A stretch of DNA of 64,000 nt from Amphiscolops sp. MND2022. Its lineage: Eukaryota. The translations under genes were made by a program, and so were the position numbers. The notes below the pieces were generated by a model. The model saw nothing but the letters and a program-made list of their open reading frames with translations, was not told the DNA's origin and searched no databases. Positions 60,060-64,000 of this stretch are shown here, one piece after another (within the stretch, counting starts at the first letter, position 1; each line of letters opens with the position of its first letter). The stretch spans positions 68,822,001-68,886,000 of the forward strand of contig OZ076409.1 of NCBI GenBank assembly GCA_964187785.1, given 5' to 3'.

Positions 60060-60950
60060 AGCAACTCAAACTTATGTCCAAAACCGCTTTTCCGGCACCA
60101 TTTTCTCATTCATTCATTTTTCAAGGTTGTAGGCCATAATACACTAAATTGCTCAACACTTCAGGCATTCGCCATGACTTTTCAGTCAGGGCTGCTACTG
60201 AGTCAATTGAGGATATCAATTCGACGACTTTCGAAAACATTCACCCTCGACTGCGCAATGTGAAAACTGCAAATGGCCCGTCTTGTTGGAAAACATGTTC
60301 ATCATCCATGACATCTCTAATCGCGGGCACAGCAAAACCAGATGAAATTGACTGGTATTCTATGGCAAGCACCCTGTATGAAACCCTTTTCAAGATAAGC
60401 AAGCCTCAAAACATCAAACCACCATATCCAACTTTTCTTCCATTCTTGAAATTTCGGAGGTATCTCAATTTGTTTCAGCTGTATGTTCTCCAATTATCCG
60501 GTCCGTCTAAGTTAAACTTCTTCTCGTCATTGAAAACAACGTTTTCTCAGACGATACTCTGTCGAATCTTGTCAATGCATATATTTTTAAAAACCAGTTT
60601 CCTTGTTTTTCTGTCCGTAATTTTGTCATGTACTTTTTGCAGAAAAAGCAAAGGCGCATCAGTGCCCAATGTATTCTTTTTCTAGCGACTTCCAGGATAC
60701 AAGTTTTTTGAAACGTTCCCGATTTGACTTTTTCATGGTATTGCTTCGATCGGGCAATTTCTCGTTTCATCCGCTAATCATGCACTTTGGTAATGACTGG
60801 GGTCGCCCCTGAAATTCATCTTTAACGCCATAATTGCTTTTCGCCATGAAGGCAATAGTTGATACAACCAAACCCGAATCCAATGCATGATTCTCTTGAT
60901 TGCCCGCTGATGGATTTTTGACAAGGGATATCATCTTTTTAGAATGCATT
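60060..60950 (-). pseudogene. Decayed Tc1/mariner (Tc3-like) transposase
   Basis: Minus strand reads ENVVFNDEKKFNLDGPDNW (~60490-60546) and EHVFQQDG (~60278-60300) amid stops and frameshifts. Boundaries approximate. Confidence 0.75.
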
Positions 60951-61018
60951 TTTCAAACTTCAGAATAAAAAGTCTGTATGGGAACTGGAAACGAGCTTTC
61001 AATTTGAGTTTTGCAGTG

Positions 61019-61553
61019 TTTTTAGTCGGCGCTTTTCGAAGAAAAACGCAGACTATAATAGTGACTTCTTTTTTTTAAGACCAACGAACTGACAGATTTT
61101 ATAAACTTTATAAGTTGGCCCTAAACCGGCACTAACACTAAACTGTGTCACACTACTTCACTGCCACTTGGCCACTACGGCTTTTTCGAGGTCTGACAAG
61201 CAGAATGACATGGGTTCGAGTCCCGCCATGACCAAAATTTTCTGTGCAATTTTTTTTCGGCTTTGTGAGATTTTTTTCGCAAATATCTCCAAAGGGTCCA
61301 CTCTTCATTTTTTTGTCTATTTTGCAAAAGAATGGATGTTAAAAAACTTCCAAAGGGCCCCATTTTACATGTTTTGGGCACTATGCGACTTACGGGAGAC
61401 CAAAAAAATTTAAAAAATTTCAGAAAAAATCGGATTTTTTTTTCAATTTTTCCTCAAACGGGTACTGTAGAATAGAATACTTGACACTTTGAAGTCCTTT
61501 GGTTATTTTTGAGCCTTAGATATGGCGCCGACTTGGGCCGTTCCCGGCTTGTT
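61019..61553 (+). mobile_element. Helentron-type non-autonomous element, complete copy
   Basis: 5' end TTTAGTCGGCGC...CGCAGACT (subTIR + IR). 3' end GGCGCCGACT, then stem-loop GCCG-TTCC-CGGC and TTGTT. Confidence 0.7.
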
Positions 61554-64000
61554 ACAAGTTGATGTTGCTTATTGTGGTATTGACTGTGGAATGAATGTTG
61601 GCGAGTAATATCATGTCGGTAGCGCCACATCAATACTCCACCCAGCCTAGTTTGTTGTCATTGCTTCCACCCGCGCTGCGCGAGCTCGTATCTTTTACAA
61701 TGCTTCTTTTTTGGTATCTTTGTTATTTCTTTAATGCAACCCTGTTTGTATTGCTTACCTCTAACATTGTACATTTATATTGTTTGACCTGCTAATTTCT
61801 TTTGTTTATACTGCTAATTTCTCACTTTATCGATCGTTGCTCTTTAGAAAATGTTTGTAAACATCGATGGAAACAACCTGCTTAAACATTTTGTTTTTGG
61901 CTTTGGTTGTAAATGCCCAATTTGCCAGCTAACAACAAGTTCCCCCATTCGCACTTCGGAAATCACTCACTTATATTCATTTTATGTTTATCAATTATAG
62001 TCGTCTTGCTTTGATACAAGACCCCAATCTTCAATAGTTTGAGATCTATTTTTCAGTTCCCCCGAGTTTTCTAGTTTGAACTCTTCTGTGAACTCCCCCA
62101 TTGTAGCTCTTTTAGTGGACCACATATATGTCCGTCCAATCAACATTGGAGTGTCTCTTGTTCAAGTTGGATGCAGTTTCAAAAAACGATTCAAGACGAC
62201 AACAACATAGTGGTGGAGGAAGCTTCTGGTTTGGTAATGGCAGCAGAAAAGGCAGTGGAGTGCTGGTGTCAGAGCAAAATCGATGAGTTGCAGCCTCTGA
62301 GCACCGGCGGCAAAACGGTGTCGTAAATGTGTCAGTTTGACAACGAAGCCAGGCGCTCATAGTTTTCAGAAATCAAATGAAACCGATGAATAAAAAATTT
62401 CTGAAGGAGCTTTGATGCAATCACCAAGAAAATGAACCAATATCACACGCGTACAGTCGTACTGGCGATGAAACGATCAGGTGGTAAAACGACTCCTAAC
62501 TCCTGTTGGCCCAGCAAAACACCGACACTGATGATATAACAAGCAAACAAAAAACGAGAAACATTCTCATCGAAAATCAACATCGATCAAGCAGTCCATA
62601 CTCGTGCCACCGCATAATCCAACTGAAAGGACAATTCATCAAACTTAAGCCACCCAAATGGAATTGGAAAAAGAAGAACGACAAAAGTTAACACGAGTGA
62701 GCCTGTACACCCTACACGGAGGCAACTAACTGCTGCCAATAAAATGTACCGGATTATTATTGAATCTCTATTAGAGACAAAAAGAAGCTTTCACCAATCG
62801 CGACGACTTTAATCGCCGAACCTAATTGTCTCGCAAAGTTGGTGAAAACCAGTATTTCTAACGACTATGTATAGAAATACATCGACTCGGAGGACATTTG
62901 AGCAATATCACTCATTGGGACAACGAAATAACATGACAACATGGCAATGAAGGCCCTCGCAAAAAGCTATGTTGACCACTGGTACAACTGTCAAAAGACG
63001 GTTTCCCATTCCTATTTCAAAACCGAGAAATGGCTGTTCTGCTTCCATTTTTTTTACGGATGAATTTAAGTTCTCGTGTAAACAAAGGGGCAAACATGTT
63101 CGGAGAGTCGGTGAAACAGTTGGTCCTTGCCCTAGAGCTCTTCAGTAGAAACACAAAACAGTACACCAAAAATCACTGCTCTGATTAACAAGGAGTACGA
63201 CAACCTTCCAGTGAACTTGTTATTCTCCAGAGGGAAACTATTTGGAATACCTTTTTTCTGACAGGATCATAATACCGCGTGTACTACAACGAAAGGCCAT
63301 TCGTCTCCTCGACATCTGGACACAGCGAATTCAAGAAACTGATGTCTGCTGACAAAACAAAATTTGTGACTGGCTTGACGTGGAGATCATGTGTCATGCC
63401 AGCATGATGGAAAATAATCTACTAGATATCTGTAATGTGAAAAATTATGTCGTATGTACTTATCTGTGGGCAATATGTAGTCATTTAATTACATCCATGG
63501 TCGCGCGCAACTCGTTACTTGTACCTAATGCCATCTTCCCCCTGAGTTTCAGCTATGTATTTACATTATTATTGAGACCCCTAGTTCCGGTGCCACCATA
63601 AATGAGCATGCAAGATAGTAATCGCTAATTTACCAATATGGCTTGTCACGACAAGAAGGAGAAAGTATTTACAAACAAAACTGGACTGACAGATGTAAAA
63701 GAGATGAACTTGTGAGTGGAGGCATTTAGCTCTCGCCTCAGAGTAAAGCTGTTGTGATTTTCCTTTCACTACTAGTTCGTCGATTTGTTATGCCATTAGG
63801 GAAAGAGCAAAATTCATCTATTTCTCATCGGTGCAACATTTCGTAATATATCATTCATTTACATCGTAACTCCATCAGTGGAATTGAGTTTGTAATGAAT
63901 TAACATATCCATCCGCGAAAATGAGTCTAAATCACTATTCACACTCATATTATTGCTTTTAGTCTACATTGGATTGATTATCAATTTTTTCTCACTCCCT

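Noticed and set aside
61560..64000. Possible highly decayed LINE remnant
   Set aside because: Only vague hints and no intact diagnostic motif.

Overview
Eukaryotic, most likely invertebrate animal, genomic window that is AT-rich and dominated by transposons, with a 200-N scaffold gap at 8998-9197. Two host genes are recognisable: part of a WDPCP/Fritz-like gene (minus strand, ~563-2274) and a three-exon cytoplasmic tryptophanyl-tRNA synthetase (53060-55280). The rest includes an internally deleted RTE-type LINE, CR1/L2-group LINE remnants, a CRE-type restriction-like-endonuclease (RLE) LINE amplified in a ~5.7-kb tandem composite array, three hAT families, foldback MITEs, Helentron-type (HINE/DINE-1-like) repeats, a BEL/Pao LTR element carrying a very young Copia, and a decayed Tc1-like transposase. 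The main unexplained signal is RNA-level. (1) The CRE element and a second retroposed family with an otherwise dissimilar 3' region both end in a compact box C/D snoRNA-like module (C-D'-C'-D), and both copies of the second family sit antisense inside 3' ends of the first. (2) The RTE starts exactly at an HDV-like ribozyme, which is tandemly duplicated in frame and followed by a 2A (StopGo) motif. (3) A second 2A precedes the L2/CR1 ORF2. (4) The BEL LTRs contain a tRNA-like Pol III cassette, and the element carries an extra SGNH-like ORF. (5) The Copia has non-canonical TT...GA termini. All calls were made by eye, without database searches or folding software.
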